The notes under the pieces: model-generated
Database searches by the model: none
What the model was told of the DNA's origin: nothing
The model's input: only the letters and a program-made list of their open reading frames with translations
Source of the DNA: Podarcis filfolensis
Taxonomy: Eukaryota
NCBI GenBank assembly: GCA_964270895.1
Contig: OZ185446.1
DNA: 64,000 nucleotides
Reading direction: 5' to 3' (one strand)
Position numbers and translations under genes: made by a program
Shown: piece by piece, positions 24,101 through 37,400 of the stretch
Layout: every line of letters starts with the position of its first letter
Position numbering within the stretch: position 1 is the first letter of the stretch

Positions 24101-27100
24101 AGTTAAAGTCAATCAAATTTATTGTGGCATAAGGTTTCATGGACTAGAGTTCACTTTATCACGGGCATGAAGTGTTAGCCTCCGTTGATAGTAGGCAAAG
24201 GTGAATACATGGGTATAGAGAAAAGCATATTAATCTATATTTCCTCTTGGTTAGCAGGGCTTGTATGTTGGGTTATGGCTCCACCTAACATACCATCCCT
24301 TCTAAGCCACAGGAAATCTATACTTCAGGCGGGTCAGTTGTTCTGTTTTCCTTCAGCTAGCAGGGATGGTATGTTAGGTAGAGCCATAATCCAACATACC
24401 AACCCTGCTAAGCTGAAAGAAATCTACCCTTCAGGTGCGCCAGTCATTCTTTTCTTTGCAGCTCAAATGTAGACAATATAAGGAAAAAGAGTGCATTTAT
24501 ATATCACAGAAATGAATATCAGATAACTAATTTAAAAAAAAATTAAAGAAAGTTTGTAAAATGTTATACCCAGTACTTTCTTAAATATTTTTTCATTGTG
24601 TATATGTATTAAGGTTTGTTTTTTCACAGAAGTCTCCAGCTTAAGAAACAGAAAATGTACTTTTATGGGACATCACTTAATAACATGCTTACATTGTAGA
24701 TACGAAAGCAACAGAAAGAGCATGCAGAACTCATTGAAGAATATCGGATTAAACAGCAACAATGTGGAATGGGACCCCATGCAATGATGCCAGGTATGCC
24801 TGCTCAGCCTGCAATGGTCACAGGAGGATCTCCACCAGCAGTGGGTCAGCAGAGTTTCCCAATGGTACCTCAACAGCTTCAGCATCAACAGCATGCCATA
24901 GCTGTTCCTGGACAACCCAATCCACCCAGAATGCTAAGTTTGCCTGGATGGCAACCGCCGCCCGGTGCTGCTTCAGCACACATCCCACACAATGTACCAA
25001 GGATGCAGCCACCAATGGCACAGTTGCCGGTGAATCCTGTTACTCCCACTTCTGTGCCAGCTCCTAGCTCAAATGTACAGTCAGGGCCACCACCACGTGT
25101 AGAGTTCGATGACAACAACCCATTTAGTGAAAGCTTTCAAGAGCGTGAGCGAAAGGAGCGTTTGCGAGAGCAGCAGGAAAGGCAACGGATTCAGCTTATG
25201 CAGGAGGTGGATCGGCAGAGAGCTCTGCAGCAGAAAATGGAAATGGAACAGCACAGTACAATGGGCTCAGAATTAAATGCCAGAACTTCTTTGCCTCAAA
25301 TACCGTTCTTCAATTCAGACCTACCTTGTGATTTTATGCGGCCTCCACGGCCTCTTCAGCAATCTCCACAGCATCAACAGCAGCAGATGGGACCCATTAT
25401 GCAGCAAGGACCTCTAAACTCCCCACCTCCTTCCAGCTTTCCGCAGTGTAGTGAGCGGCAGCCAGTGGGATCTTCCCCCTTTGTTCCCGATGCTCCCCCA
25501 CTTCCAGACGGAAGTCCCCCTTTCCATTCTGTGAAGCAGCCATGTGGAAGCTTTTCACAGTACCAGGTTCGGCCTCAGTTTGCCACTGGCCTGCCTGGAG
25601 TTTCTCCTGGAACTGGCAGTGGTCCCCCCTGTGGTCAGGACGCCATGCCCCATGGAACAAACTTTCCTGGAACAAGTCAGTCTCTCATCCAGTTGTATTC
25701 TGATATCATTCCAGAGGAGAAGGGCAAAAAGAAAAGAACCAGAAAGAAGAAGAAAGAGGATGATGCGGAGTCAGTAAATACCCCATCAACCCCACATTCA
25801 GATATAACTGCACCCCCAACTCCAGTTGTTTCAGACGCTGTCTCCACCCCAACAGTTAGCACGCCTGGTGAACTTCCACGGCATCCAGGAGAATCGGAGG
25901 CAGAGGAGCTGCCAGGCTCATCGCCTCCAGATGTTGCTGAGAGTCAGTCTTCCTTAGAATTGAAAAGTCAGCTCTCCAGTACTGATTTGCCACAAAACAT
26001 ATTGCCTGAGCAGCCAGGCATGAACCAGGAGACAGACAAGGACAAGACAGAGGCTTCTATGAGCATTCAGGAAATTAATCAGGAAAAGACAAGCACTGAT
26101 CAATGCCCTAGTGAGGCTGAGCCTAAGATGGAGAATGAAAATGGCATTAAAGTGGAAGAGGAGAAAGCTACTGTGCAGCCTTCCCCTTCTTTGCAGAATC
26201 AGGCACAACCTGACAGCATTCCAGCAGCAAAAGGGGAATCAGGGAACGAACTCCTCAAACACTTGCTTAAGAACAAAAAATCTGCCTCTCTTTTCAAGCA
26301 GAAAGCAGAAAGCAGCTTACAGTCAGAAGAAAGTGCTAAGGAGAGCAAATTCGTGGGGAAACGGGATCCGATGGAAGGCAGCATGGTAACCAATTTTTAT
26401 TATTAACATCCAAACTTAGAGGGTATTGGAAATGATGCACCATTGTGTATTTATTGTAAATTTATTGTAAATTTAAAATAGCCCAGCCGCTAAGGATATG
26501 CCCTTAAAAAAAACAAAGGCAGTACTGGTTGAACATGTTCCTCCTTCACAGTGTTCTGTATATGGGCTTTCACCTCCTCTAGAGGTCATCAAGTAAAGCA
26601 GGAAATGGAGAAGCATGATTCAAAGGCAAACTCCACAGCCTTTGAATACATAGTTGCAGCATCCCAGCCTTTACACGTGACAAATATACAGAGCTACTCG
26701 CAAGCAACTGTTTTAGTGAATATCCAGTTTAGATGTGAGGAGAAGCTTAAGATTGTATGGAAAATTATAAACCTCAGTTTTCCTTTGACGTGCTGGATTA
26801 TGGTCCCTGAACAGATACTATCATAAAGCAGCCATTTGTTTATATTAGATAAGGAATGGCAAAAGTTCTTGTATTTTTGATTTTAAGGTTTTTTTAGCAC
26901 TTGAGTCACACACTTACTCAAAATAAGTTAGTTTCAGCACAGTAATAAACTAGTGATATTCATTGATGAAGATATTCTGCACCTTAGAAAGAATAACTAT
27001 AGTCATGCTGAACACTGAATAATATATTTTGTCAGCCAATTTAGTAATTCATAGCTAACATATCTTCTAGGGAGTCACTCTTGTACATTCATAAACTCTT

Positions 27101-30100
27101 GTGCCTCCCAGAGGGAAACCTGCTGTTGTGAACTGATAATTGCACAATATTCTTGAAAACCGGATAAAACCAGTGCTTGGAAGGTTTTGCTGCCATTAGC
27201 ACTCTGTTTGTATGTAAATAAATTATACTGATAATTTTAAAATGGCTTTTGTATTCGAACTTAAAAGCTATAATTTTTAATGACAGTGATTCTTGGTTTG
27301 ACATTATTAGAATCTAAGATCAGAGAGCTTATTTGTGTCTGTGAAATATTACTGTAGAATGCTGGAGTTCGGATTTCATTAGGTGTGTATGCTTTGTCAT
27401 TATTGCAGCCTGTCAAGAGACTCTGGACATTGTTAAGCAAAACAACATGTTAACAAAAATACTAGGGCAGGAAGGAGTCACATGGAAGGGGTGGCACTTC
27501 TCTAGCATGGGTGCAATTATATACTTCTAAACTTCTGTTTCTCTTCACCCTCCTAAAATCATTAGTCACTGGTAATTGTAGTGCTTTCTTTTTTATTGTT
27601 GTTTAGCTTTTTCTAAAAGTGAGGGGGTGTCTGTACCTCAAAGAGTTATGATTTCTGCATGTTTTCCATATATTTATCATTTAAATTTGGGCAGTAACAA
27701 AAAAGCATTCAAACCTATACTGCTTTTTTAAGATCCAGGGTAGGATGGGTATTGCCAAAAGGAAAGGGAGACCTGGAATTGATAAGCTATGTTTCAGGAC
27801 AAAGACCCCCCCAGTATTCCTGCTAGGAACTACTGTAAGCAGAGCTACAGCAAGGCTATATGAGTATGCAGATTTAAGTGATTGTGCGACATTGGCATCC
27901 AATAGACCAGTCCTCTCCCTTTCCTCATATCAGACCCCTTCTTGAAGGCTGAAGGGAAGCAGGCTGGGTGCCTGATTAAAGAGTGCTGAGGAGATAGCAA
28001 AGATATAAGGAGGCAGAAAAAAGCAGCTGGTTTGGAAAGTCGCTTTAGAGTAAGCAGGAGCTAAAGTAATGAAAGGTGTAGCAATATCAGCTTGGGGCCC
28101 AGGAAATGAGGAAGGAAGGCAGTGTTTAAAGGGAGTAGCTGAGGTGACAAAGCATAAGGGAAAGGGGCAGGTGAATTAGCAGACAGTTTTAAAGATATGG
28201 TGAAAGCTTGGGATTTTAGAGACACGGATTGGCAAAACCTCCTTGGAACAGGGGAGGAAAGATTCACTTGCCTCCATGCTCATTTTCATAGTCGTGTTCT
28301 TACCATTTGGTGGGTGTCTTGCTTGTTATAGATAATAAACTAATAAAGTAATGCCAAATGTATAGTAGCATTATATGTTGCTTTTTACAAATACAAAACA
28401 AAATGTTCAACTAAGTGATTTGAACTGATATATCTTTATCATTTCCCTCCCGCCCCCCATAAGCAATCATTAGGGAATCCATTGCAGGGTACATTTGGAT
28501 GTGGTAACAGCCAGCTTCAGAGAGCAGATTTAGGACATGAAATGAAAAAACAACGAAATAAACGAACTCAGAGGGCGGGTGAGAAGGCAGCACCTCGATC
28601 TAAGAAGAGAAAAAAAGAGGAAGAGGAAAAGCATGCTATTTATCCTAACACTGAAACATTTATGCAGTTAAAACAGGTGAGCACTGAAGGGGTAAAGAAC
28701 TTAAAAGACTGAAGATATATTATGTCACTGACTATACTGAGCAAGGTGGTCACATCCAGCACCATAATGTTTAGGGGTTTTTTTAGTATGCTTGTTTATT
28801 CACAGTAGTTGATAACCTAGAAATACACGTATTTACATTTTTAAGTGCACTTAATATTTGACTACAATCCACATCTAGATTTATTGTGATGCATGATGGT
28901 GCTGACATATTTGACTTGTTGCCCCCTGCAACATAATGTCAGTGTTTTAGGGATTGCTTAGGGAGTGTTGATGAAAGAATGCAGCCAGGATCATGGAGAA
29001 GAAAGCAAGGAGACTGAGAAATGGCAAAGTGAAAGACGCTTGGTAAAGGCATAGGGCTAATGCATAAAAGATGAAGAAAGTGTCTGTTGGAAGGTAGGTA
29101 AAAATAATAAGGCTTGGAGGTGAGACAGAAGAGGCAGAACTATTGCAAGTTTCCAAATCATCATGAAAATGTCTCTTTTTTTAATTGTACACAATAAGCT
29201 TTTAAAACAATGTGTGTGGTGTTCATTTATCATTAAGATAGAAGGCTGGGAAACAGTTGCAGTGCTCCACGGTTGGAGAGCCACTGTCCTGATGGTGTTA
29301 GTTTATTTTATTTGAGAGCAAAGTCTGCGAGCAAAAATGTATTGGTAAAGCCTGCTTACCTCACAGGTAGAGTGCATGAAGGGATGCAATTCCATACCTT
29401 AACCTGAGTCAGCAGTGTGATTCAGCAGCAAAAAAGCTAAAGCAATTCAGAAGTATAGTGTCTAGATCAAGGGAGGTAGTAGCACCACTCTATTCTTCCT
29501 TGGTCAGCCCCCCAGTTCTGGGCACCACAATTTAAGAAGGATATTGACAATCTGGAATGTGTGCAGATGTGTGCAGGACAACCAAAATTATCAAGGGTCT
29601 GGGAACCAAGCCTTATGATGAACAGTTGAAGGAGATGGGTATGTTTAGCTTGGAGGAGACTAAAAGGAGATATGATAGTCATCTTCAAATATCAGAAGGG
29701 CTGTCACAGGGAAGGTGGAGCAAGCTTGTTTTCTTCTCCTTTGAAGGGTAGGAGACAAATCAATGCTTTGACTACTGCAATGCACTCTATGTGGCGCTAC
29801 CTTTGAAGGTGACTCGGAAACTGCAATTAATCCAGAATGCGGCAGCCATACTGGTGACTGGAAGTGGCCGCCGAGACCATATAACACCATTCCTGAGAGA
29901 TCTGCATTGGCTCCCAGTACGTTTCCGAGCACAATTCAAAGTGTTGGTGCTGACCTTTAAAGCCCTAAATGGCCTCGGTCCTGTATACCTGAAGGAGCGT
30001 CTCCACCCCCATCGTTCAACCCAGACACTGAGGTCCAGCGCCGAGGGCTTCTGGCAGTTCCCTCACTGCGAGAAGCCAAGTTACAGGGAACCAGGAAGAG

Positions 30101-33100
30101 GGCCTGCCCTGTGGCGCCTGCCCTGTGGAACGCCCTCCCATCAGATGTCAAGGCAATAAGCAGCTATCTTACTTTTAAAAGACATCTGAAGGCAGCCCTG
30201 TTTAGAGAAGTTTTTAATGTTTAATGCTGTACTGTGTTTTTAATATTCGGTTGGGAGCCACCCAGAGTGGCTGGGGAAACGCAGCCAGATGGGTGGGGTA
30301 TAAATAAATTATTATTAAAATTACAATAAAAGAGATTCTGACTAAGCATTAGGAAGAACTCTGTTCAACTATGGAACGGACTACCATGGAAGGTGGTGGA
30401 CTCTCCTTCATTGGAGGTTTTTAAATAGAGGTTGGATGGCAGTCTATCAGGGATTCCTTTAGCTGTGATTCCTGTATTGCAGGAAGTTGGACTAGGTGAC
30501 CTTTGAGTTCCTTCCAACTCTACATTTCTGTGATTCTGTCTGAAGTCCTTTATGTAAAGTACTTGAAGGACTAACCTCAAGGCTAGTGTTCAGTAAATGA
30601 GTTTTTAAAAAACCTTGGGCTTCTAATGGTTACAGTCATCTTAGTGTAATTGAGTGGAAATTTACAGTTCATTGTTGCATATTGCTAGTGAAAAATAATT
30701 ACTACTCATCTTTTCCTACAGCAACTCTCTTTGCTGCCTCTAATGGAGCCGATAATTGGAGTGAGTTTTGCCCACTTTCTTCCTTATGGCAGTGGCCATC
30801 TGAATAGTGGAAATCGCCTTTTGGGAAGCTTTGGTAGTGCAACGCTTGACGGGGTATCAGATTACTATTCTCAGCTAATCTACAAGGTGTATTTTTTTTC
30901 TACATAGATTCTCCAAATGTTCTATACGAAACAAAACATTGGGATCCAGCAGTAGTTATACCATGGTGTTATATGAGACATGCTGGATTTTAAAAGATTT
31001 CATTTTTCTTGTTCTCTCATTGCCAACTTTATTATTGTTCTTCTTCACTGGAAAGTGGTGAGGCATATTTAAAACAGAATTCTGCTTGTGCAACGGGACT
31101 TCCCCTCCCACACTGGCAGACACGGGGGGGGGGGACGCAGTTCTGATGCACAAGTAGAAGTCTACTGCCATAGTGGAACCACAGCATTGGATGTGACCCA
31201 TTACTCACACTGTGATTTTTTTTTTATTCTATAACTATCTTTTCAAACTGATGCAGTTGTGAAAGTTGTAATCCTAACCTTTAAAGTTACTTTTTAAACA
31301 AATCTCCCAGTGCAATGCAAACACAAAATAATTTGAAGTCATAAAGGACTGCTTAATTTGAAGGATAGTGTTTGTCCTTCCTTTCTCGTATGTATCACTC
31401 CATTTATTAGAGACAGAAAACTGCCATTGGTCCATCTAACTCAGCACTGTATACACTGAGTGGCAATGGTGCTCCAGGGTTTCAGAAAGGGGACGTTCCC
31501 AGAGAGGAGATGCCATAAATTGAAATGTAAAGCAGATGCTCTACCACAGGCTTCTTCAAACTCAGCCCTCCAAATGTTTTTGGCCTACAACTCCCATGAT
31601 CCCTAGCTAGCAGAACCAGTGATCAGGGATGATGGGAATTGTAGTCTCAAAACATCTGGAGGGCCAAGTTTGAGGAAGCCTTTAGATAGGTGGTGACTGA
31701 TGAGAGGATCTCCTTGGCTATGGTGGATCAGCTTAGCACAAACAGATGAACATGTGGGCTCCCATAGAGGGGATTGTGGTTGCTTTGCTCCCTACTGGTC
31801 CTTCTGTTGTTCTGCTGTCCTGCACTGAACTAAGGCCTGGTTTTACTTAGTGTGTCATCCAAACCCAGGCTTGTGGTTAAGTTCTCCTGAACAAACCGTG
31901 AGCCATAAACCATGGAGCAAATCTTGCTTACTGCTTGTAAACCACATGCCCAGCTGCAGATGACAGGCTAAGGCCAAGCCATGGCTTAGCTCATTGCAGT
32001 GCTGCAACAGAATGAGGGGTTTTTTTTGTTCCTCCCCAGCCAATCTTCTTGTCCAGAACCCACACACATGTGTTTATGCTGAGCCGTGGTTCAGCTTAGT
32101 ATGATATGTGAACCAAGCCAGCCACCTCAGTTCAGGCATAACTCCAAACATGACCTACAAATTATGGCTTGCATTTGCCATGCAAAATCGAAGTTGATCA
32201 AAGCTTGCAGTCCTGGTTTGCAGGTCAAATGCTTCGATATAATAGTAACCATAGCTTTATGGTTTACCCCCAAACCCAGCAACTGACTTCTTATTCTGAG
32301 TATATTATCCTTCCAGATTCATTCTCATAGCACCAAACCAGGTTTTGTGTTGCATCTGAACCAAGCCAGTGTGACTGGTAGATAAACAGGTGCATTATGT
32401 ATGTGCAGTTGTAAAATAAAAATTATGTGCATTCTGTTGGACCTTTTGTACGTAAGATACATAACTTATCACATACCAGATAAACTTGCTGAAAGCTAAC
32501 TTTAAATTATTTCCTCTTTTGCAGCAGAATAACTTGAGTAACCCTCCCACTCCTCCGGCCTCCCTCCCTCCTACACCTCCACCTGTGACTTGCCAAAAAA
32601 TGGTAAATGGATTTGCAACCACTGAAGAACTTGCTACAAAGGCTGGAATGCTTGGAGGGCATGATGGTAAGTTTTCACATGTATGCCAGAGTATACATTT
32701 TCAGTTTTCAGATTGTCTGAAAACCATTTACTTACTTTTTTCAGATTTGAAATCCACTTTACAGCAGAATGTTTTGACTTTTTGTTATCATTTCTCACAA
32801 AATTTATAGAAACAACTTTGATGAACATTTTGTGCATATTCTGTGCTTACATAATGTATACATGGCCAGTATAGATAGCTATATTGTTGGTCCTCATAAA
32901 GTGGGCATGAGCTTCCCTCATCCTTTCATTTGTATGAGAATGCTGCAGATTTTCACAACTTCGGCTACTGACTGAAAGTCTAATTAAATGTAAAACAAAA
33001 GAAGTATAGGTTGAAGTTAGGATCCATTTTTTGATTCCCCGCCCCCTTTTATAGGTCCCTGAATATTTGGGTCATTTGTTTTGTCTGTTCTTGCTGCATT

Positions 33101-34434
33101 TCAGTTACCAAAGCTCTGGGACCGAAGCAGTTTCAGCTGCCTTTCAGACCACAGGATGATCTGTTAGCCAGAGCCATGGCTCAGGGTCCTAAAAGTGTGG
33201 ATGTTCCTGCTTCTCTTCCAACCCCACCTCATAACAATCATGAAGAGCTGAGGTAGATATTTTCTCTAATTATTTTTATTTTTAGCTTTGTGTTGGGTAT
33301 CTGTTATCTTAGGTGCTCCACGATGCTGCTAAACTCTAAATAACCATGTTACTGAGAAGTAAGTCCTATTGAATTCAGGTAAATTGGATCATACATGGCA
33401 GATGCTCATCCAACCTCTGCTTAAAAACTTCAAACAATGGAGAGTCCTCCACCTTCCAAGGGAGTCCATTCCACTGTCAAACAGCTCTTACTGTCAGAGC
33501 GTTCTTACTGAGGTTTAGTCGGAATATCCTTCCTTGTAACTTTTGGATCCATTGGATGGGTGCAGGAGAAAACAAGAAGCTTGCTCCACCCTCCATGTGA
33601 CAGTCCTTAAAATATTTGAAGATGCCTATCATATCTCCTCTCAGTCTCCTCTTTACCAGGCTAAACATACCCATTTCCACTTTACACATCTATATGTGAA
33701 AAACATTTCCAATTATTTTCCCTCTCAGGGTTCAGGATCCCTGTGATGACAGAGACACTCCTGACAGCTTTGTTCCTTCCTCCTCTCCCGAGAGTGTAAT
33801 GGGCATGGAAATAAGTAGATACCCTGATCTGTCAGCAGTAAAGGAAGAGATGCCCGAACCTGTTCCATCCCCCATCATTCCAATTCTACCTGCCAGTACT
33901 GGAAAAGGTATTGCCAAAATATTTTCTAGATGTTTCTACTAATTTCCCCACCGGCATGTTCATGTGCCTCAGTTCCATGCATATTTAATTTTGTATCTCT
34001 CCCTTTAACTGAAGGTTCAGAAGAAAAAAGGAATTATATCAAAACAGAGCCTGGTTCTGGCTTCTTTGGCTCTCAGCTTGGTCCTTCTCAAAATGGTCCA
34101 AAATCTGGCCTTGTATCCATAGCAATTACTTTACATCCCACAGCTGCAGAGGTAAGGAAAGTTCTAGTGAGCTGCATGTATCTGTGACAATGTTGTGCCC
34201 CATGTCCTGCAGACGTTATGGCTATTTTATTTGTGTTGCAGTACAACAGTTGTTGTAAACTCTGGTTATTAGTTTCAGTGCCATTTCTTTAAATTGTAAA
34301 TCTGCACTGAAATACTTCCCACAAACAGTTTTTCGAAGAAAAAGACATTTATTTAGATTGCGGAGGGCTGGGTTCACAAATTCCCAATTTCCTTGTTTTA
34401 TCACATGCTCTTTGAAGCAGCTGCTTTCCTTGAT

Positions 34435-34491
<57 letters not shown>

Positions 34492-37400
34492 GCAGCTTAG
34501 GTGCCTTCTTAAAAAAAAAGAAAACAAGGGCTTCTTACTAATGTAATCCCGGCCAATCAGGGATCACGTAGCTAGTGTGTTGATGTTACGTCATCAGGCA
34601 ATCAGTCAAATTTACTGTCATTAAGCTGTACAGAAGTGAGCCCAGGAAGCATTGCCCTCAGTCTGCCATTTGGAGTGTGTGCAAATGTGTGACCTGTTTT
34701 ACATCCCTCCCACCCCAAAACTGGACGAGAGCATTCAGGGGAGGGGGGAGGTTGTTCTGCAAAACATGCACTGCTCCATTTCAGTGCAGTCCTCTTTTAA
34801 GTATGTGATGAAGAAAAAAGATGCTATGCACTTGTCTTTTTTCCTTTTCCCACTCTAGAATATTGGCAGTGTGGTGGCTGCATTTTCCAATCTTCTGCAT
34901 GTCAGAATTCCAAACAGTTATGAAGTGAGCAGTGCACCAGATGTCCCATCCTCTCTGGGAATTATGAACTCTCACAGAGCAAATGTAGCCTTTGAGTACA
35001 GGCAGCGCTTGTTACTTCACGGTCCTCAGGCAGGCACTGTAGGGCCTCCTGGACTAACAGGGCCTTACGGACTCAAACAACATAATATGCCATTTCCCCC
35101 AAGTGGTAACGGTGAGTAAGGATATATCATTTTTTTTGTTTTGTTAATTGTAGTTGTTTTTTGAGAAAACGTGGCAATGAAGAGTTTAATCCAAGGTGAG
35201 AAAATGACACTGTGCTTCATTTTTCTGTCTCCTCAGTAATACGAATCATGCTATGGTGAGAGTGACTAGGCAAAACCCATACTTGTGGAATGTTGTCCAG
35301 CGGCAGATATTTTGTCGCATTAAACTGCAATGTAAAAATGTGTAAATAGAAGCACTGTAAAAAGAATAGGGTGGTATGAAGGGGAAGGGCAAAGTAGGTC
35401 CGCAGGGGTGGAAGGTGTGTTGCTATGCAACAGTTGTAGGGAAACTGTGCTTTAAAAATGAAATCAGGATAAATTATTTGGAGGAACACGCACGCCCATG
35501 AAGTCATGCATATGCTCTATTCAGAACAACACTTTGTAACTTGTTGGTGTTCTTGTTAAGTCTTGGCAGGCTATAAGGCACACAGTCCACATGTTGCAGA
35601 TGGTTCAGGGTTGAGGTCACAGTGGTGCTCTCATTGTAAAGTCGTAGTTCTGGGCAGTGGAGTACGGAAATCCTTCAGTGATCTACCTTTCCTGAAACAG
35701 GTACTACTGTGATAACCGTTTGTCTATTATTGTTTTTTGCTTTATAAGGTTAAACTACAAAAAGAGGGGGTCAGGTTGATTCCTACAGTTCATATACTTG
35801 ACATTGTACAACTATTTAATTATTACTGTTCTGCATTTTGGAGGTTGGTAGAATTCAGTAGAGATTTCTCTTTCATTAACAAGTGGTCTCTGGCAAGTTA
35901 GAAATAACTCAAAAAGCCATTCCAGAGTAATAAGGTTTTATCAGTTGCAGGAGAAGAGAGTTCATAATTTTAAAAAATCTTGCTCTCATTTTATTTCTGC
36001 TGTTTCAACAGTTCTATAAAAATAAAGATTCCTAGGGATTCTCTAGCCTGTGAATAAATACCAGAGTGCTTCAAAGTAGAAATTTCAGAAGTCTGCATGC
36101 CTCCATACTAGCACCACCAGCCAATTTATCTTTCCTTGAAATTACTTTCACTATCAAGTAGTTTTGTACAATCAAAATCATATGTAAAATAATGGTAGTT
36201 TTAGTATGTAACTACAAATCAACATGTCAGCATTTCTTGCTATAAATAGTGCATAGTGAAAGGGCTGTGTGTCTTAAATTAACATTCTGAGGTGCGCTGT
36301 GAACTATTTTTTACATCAAGAAACAAATGTACCATATTTTTCTGTGTGTAAGACGATGTTTTTACCTGATTTTCCCCCCCCAGCCAAAATTTGGGGGATG
36401 TCTTATAAACGGAATGTGAATTGGGGGGGGGGGGAGCTTGGCTGCTGTCAAGTGACATGGCGGAAAAAGGCATGCTCAGAGGCACTCTTTCCCCCTCTGC
36501 CGGGAGTGAGCCTGATGCATGGAGCCTAAGCTTCATAAGGCATCCTGTAGAAGCTCCTCTAGTTCAATGCTGAAGAGGACACCTCATCACCTTGCGCGGA
36601 AGACTCTGCTCTGCTGCCCCCCCCCCCCCGCTTTCCAAAACTTGCCCAACCTTCTCTGCCAAAGTTCCAAAGTTTGGTGATGTCATCAGTGTGCTGAAGT
36701 TGTTATTTGGGGAGGGGAGCAGGCGGCTCCTCAGGTTCTGGCTCCCGCCTGCTTCACCTTGCCTAGTCCACGGAGAGGTGGCCGGCATGTGAGAGCCCCT
36801 GGATCCACTCCCAGCTCCAGCGGCTCTGATCCTGGAACCTGGGCATTGCTGCTGCCACAGTATCCAGGCAAAGCAGGATTGGGCAGGTTTTCGCTTAGGC
36901 TGCAAAGAGCTTGACGGCAACAGACTGGCCACCTCCCTTCTACATGCCAGCTCATTTTGATCCTGCACACTTTTTGTCTGGGTTTGAAGGTGATCTCCCC
37001 AAAAAAGCTCCCCCTGTCACTCTAACTGAAAGAAAGTATCTAAAGAAGTGTGCATGCACATGAAAGCTTATACCCAGAACAAACTTAGTTGGTCTCTATG
37101 GTGCTACTGGACAATTTCCTTATTTTTTAAAAATTTTTTGAAAGAAAGTTGTTTTGTTTGTTGTTTAAAATACTGATTTTTAAAATTTTGGGTTAAAAAA
37201 ATAGGGGTCGTCTTATTCATGGGGGGTGTCTTGTACACAGAAAAATACGGTATTTCATCAACTCACATTTATGTAATTAGCAAAGTCTTGAGTTATAAAC
37301 ACATTGACATTACTAGCAACATAAGTGAATGCTTTTCCTAGTTCATTCTGAATAGGATTTGTTCTCCAAGATCTTGTATTAACATAAGAAAAGGTTTCAA

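Noticed and set aside
31770-32390. Region of short palindromes (aaaccatgg/ccatggctt) suggestive of a Harbinger-type MITE; similar at 5357-5578
   Set aside because: Termini and TSD could not be defined reliably by eye
36564-36970. Cluster of ORFs in GC-rich sequence; possible CpG island or promoter
   Set aside because: Lies inside a TIR-bounded element; GC-rich DNA yields long ORFs by chance
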